Shown piece after piece: positions 61,634 through 64,000 of a stretch of DNA of 64,000 nucleotides (positions within the stretch are counted from its first letter, which is position 1; every line of letters starts with the position of its first letter). The translations under genes were made by a program, and so were the position numbers. Under the pieces are notes generated by a model. It saw only the letters and a program-made list of their open reading frames with translations, did not search any database and had not been told where the DNA came from. Location: NCBI GenBank assembly GCA_013265495.1, contig MU058221.1, positions 4,404,001 to 4,468,000 of the forward strand, read 5' to 3'. The DNA is from Vicugna vicugna. Taxonomy: Eukaryota.

Positions 61634-62810
61634 ATGAAAAGACAAGCCATAGACTGTGAGAAAATATTTTCAAGTCACATATCAAATAAAGGACTTGTAT
61701 CCAAGAATATATAAAGAACTTTCAACACACTGTAATAAGAAAACAAGCAACTCGGTTCCTTAAAAGATTGGCAAAAAGATCTGTAGAGGCATCTCACCAA
61801 AGATATATGAATTGCAAATAAACAAATAGAAAGATGCTCTGAATCATCAGTTATCCGGGAAGCACAAATCAAAACCATAATAAGATACCACTTCACACCT
61901 GCTAGAATGGCTAAAATTTAAAAGACCGATCATACCAAGTGCTGGGCAGGATGCAAAGCCACCAGAACTCTTGTCCGCTGCTGACAGGAGGGTTAGAACG
62001 GTACAACCACTTTGCAGAACACTTTGGCGGTTTCTTAAAAAGCTAAATGTGCGCTTGCCACGTCCCCCAGCCATTCCACTCTCAGGTACTTACTCCAAAT
62101 GAGTGAACGCACACGTCCACGCAAAGACGTTCATGAATGCTCACTGCAGCTCTGTTTATAATAGCTAAAACCTGGAAGCAACTTAAATGTCCATCAATAG
62201 CTGAACGGATAAACAATTTGTTATATATCTAATCGATGGATACAACTTAGCAGTATAGATAAACTAATGACATGTGCAATAAGACGGAAGACACTCAGAA
62301 TAATTACGCCAAGTGAAAGGAGTCACACAAAAAAGGCAACATAGTGTATTAATCAACCTGTAGAAGATTCTAGAAAATGCAAATTCATCTATGGTAACAG
62401 AAAGCAAATCAATAGTTTCCGAGGGCAGGGGTGGGACTGGGGAGGGGTAAGAAGAAGGGATTACAAAGGGACATGGGGAGAGGACAGGATACAGCTCAAG
62501 TGGCAGAGCGCGTGCTTAGTAAGCATGAGGTCCTGGGTTCAATCCCCCCTACCTCCTCTAAGAATAAATAAATAAACCTAATTACTTCCCCCCACTCAAA
62601 ATAAAACACAGAGTGGTAAAAAGATAAAATAAAAAATTACTACAAAAAAGGGACATGAGGAAATTTTAGCTGGGTGATTTAAAAAATGTTCATTACCTAA
62701 ATTGTGGCAGTGGTTTCAGGGGTATATATTATGTCAAAAGTTACCAAATGTTACACTTTATACACAGTTTATTGTATATTATACCACACTAAAGCTGTAA
62801 AAATAAAAAA
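61634..62810 (+). mobile_element. L1MD-like ORF2 end and 3' UTR
   Basis: atgaaaagacaagccatagactgtgagaaaatattt...agataccacttcacacctgctagaatggctaaaat...ctagaaaatgcaaa...ggattacaaaggg...ctaaagctgtaaaaa. Confidence 0.9.
62480..62646 (+). mobile_element. vic-1-type SINE (long form) nested in L1MD
   Basis: atacagctcaagtggcagagcgcgtgcttag...gggttcaatccc...taaataaacctaattacttcccc. TSD aaagggacatg at 62465-62475 and 62647-62657. Confidence 0.92.
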
Positions 62811-64000
62811 GCTAAGAAAAATAGAATTCTATTAAGCTGAGAGTTTTATGTTTCCCCCTTGCTTCTTTCACAGAAGATTTTGGAGTGCTTGAAAACAAAA
62901 GACATATGTACACAACCTGATCAAACCACAGCAAAAGTGTAATAAGAAGGACTCGCTGATAATGTCGTGAACACCAGAGGTTATACTTAAACGGCAAATA
63001 AGCATTGCGTTTGATTTTGAGATTCTTGATGACTGAGGAGGAGACGAGGACAGAAAACAGGCAGAGAACGTAACGGGCTGCACTGCTCTCGTTATCCCAT
63101 CAACGGAAGCAAACCAATTATGCAAGAGAGATTCACTCTTGATTTGAATTCTTAAAGGGATGTATGCCACGGAGCCTTGGGATGGCCACTGAACGGCTTA
63201 ATGAACAATTCTTCTAACAGCAACTCCATAGTAACGGCCAGAACCATCTCGTGGAGCTATTTCCTCAGTTCAGACAGAGGGCACTATGTCTAAACCGCTG
63301 GGGGGCGAAACCAACGTGGTCAGAAAGGCCGCCTCCCGGTCCTCTGTCTGTAACAGCACAGTTATACCCTTGCCTCCTTCACCATACAGATACCTGTGCC
63401 CTGAGTCTCCAGGCTTCACCTGCTGGCAGAGACACACCTGGAGTCCAGGCCAGTTTTATCTCGTTACCTGTCAGGGTACATGACCTCAGCACTGGGACGA
63501 ACCTGCAGCCCCTGCTCCTGCAGAACCCGGGTGCGGGCCTTACTGGGCGCCCCTGCTGTTGCTGGGCAGGGTCACACAGGGCCCTGCAGACGGCCCCAGA
63601 AGTCACTGTGGCTCGTTGGGCCACTTACATTTCTGCCCTCTGGCCTACACTGTGCGACAAAGCAGCCCCCCTCCCACTATGTCTTCATGCCACACCCTGT
63701 TAGCCGTTCTGCTGGGACCCAATGCTTTACAGAGCTTTCACTGGCAAAGCACTCGTATTTCTGCTCACAGTCTTCTTCCAAGATCTGAGACTTGCAACCA
63801 TCACACTAGGCAGAGGACAGAGTGATGTAAGCCCCTGGGTGTGCCTGGCTCCTTCCTCCCTCAGGACGGGTTCTCTCTTAAGAGGCCACGCCCCCACCTC
63901 CCAGCGGACTTTGGTTAGGTCATCTGACTCGTTCTCCGGAAACGGCTGGCCATCTCCAAATCCATGAGGTTGATACAATGAGCATCAGTGGTTCTCAGAC

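Noticed and set aside
3594..62646. All five SINEs on the plus strand as evidence of host-gene orientation
   Set aside because: Five elements on one strand has a 1-in-16 chance, and the L1s and LTRs are mixed in orientation.
1..64000. Supplied six-frame ORFs as protein-coding genes, or a prokaryote-style novel system
   Set aside because: The ORFs are short, overlap on both strands and show no recognisable domains apart from L1 ORF2 and the ZNF fossil. The DNA is repeat-rich mammalian sequence with no operons, CRISPR arrays or defence loci.

Overview
This is mammalian nuclear DNA, not prokaryotic, and very probably from a camelid (alpaca/llama/camel). Five tRNA-Ala-derived SINEs match the camelid vic-1 type, the young L1 3' UTRs are cetartiodactyl-type, and I saw no BovA/CHR/PRE-1/Alu/B1 SINEs. 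The window reads as intergenic or intronic. I found no intact protein-coding gene, true tRNA, rRNA or CRISPR array, and the supplied ORFs look like chance or repeat-derived frames. The recognisable content is layered transposon debris: SINEs with TSDs, three ERV1-type solo LTRs with TG...CA ends and 4-bp TSDs, young and old L1s, HAL1, MaLR LTRs, hAT MITEs, MIR/L2 and two CR1/L3 fossils. There are also a few regulatory-looking islands. The most notable items are a decayed C2H2 zinc-finger fossil (~59.66-59.84 kb), a 24-bp tailless SINE head in a perfect 17-bp TSD, a tiny twin-primed inverted L1, a CR1 ORF2 fossil next to an orphan CpG island, an orphan promoter-like element (~10.8 kb) and a strong CTCF motif (~33.7 kb). 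I cannot support a previously undescribed biological system from this sequence. Repeat family names come from recalled consensus sequences, not a database search, and boundaries without TSDs are approximate.
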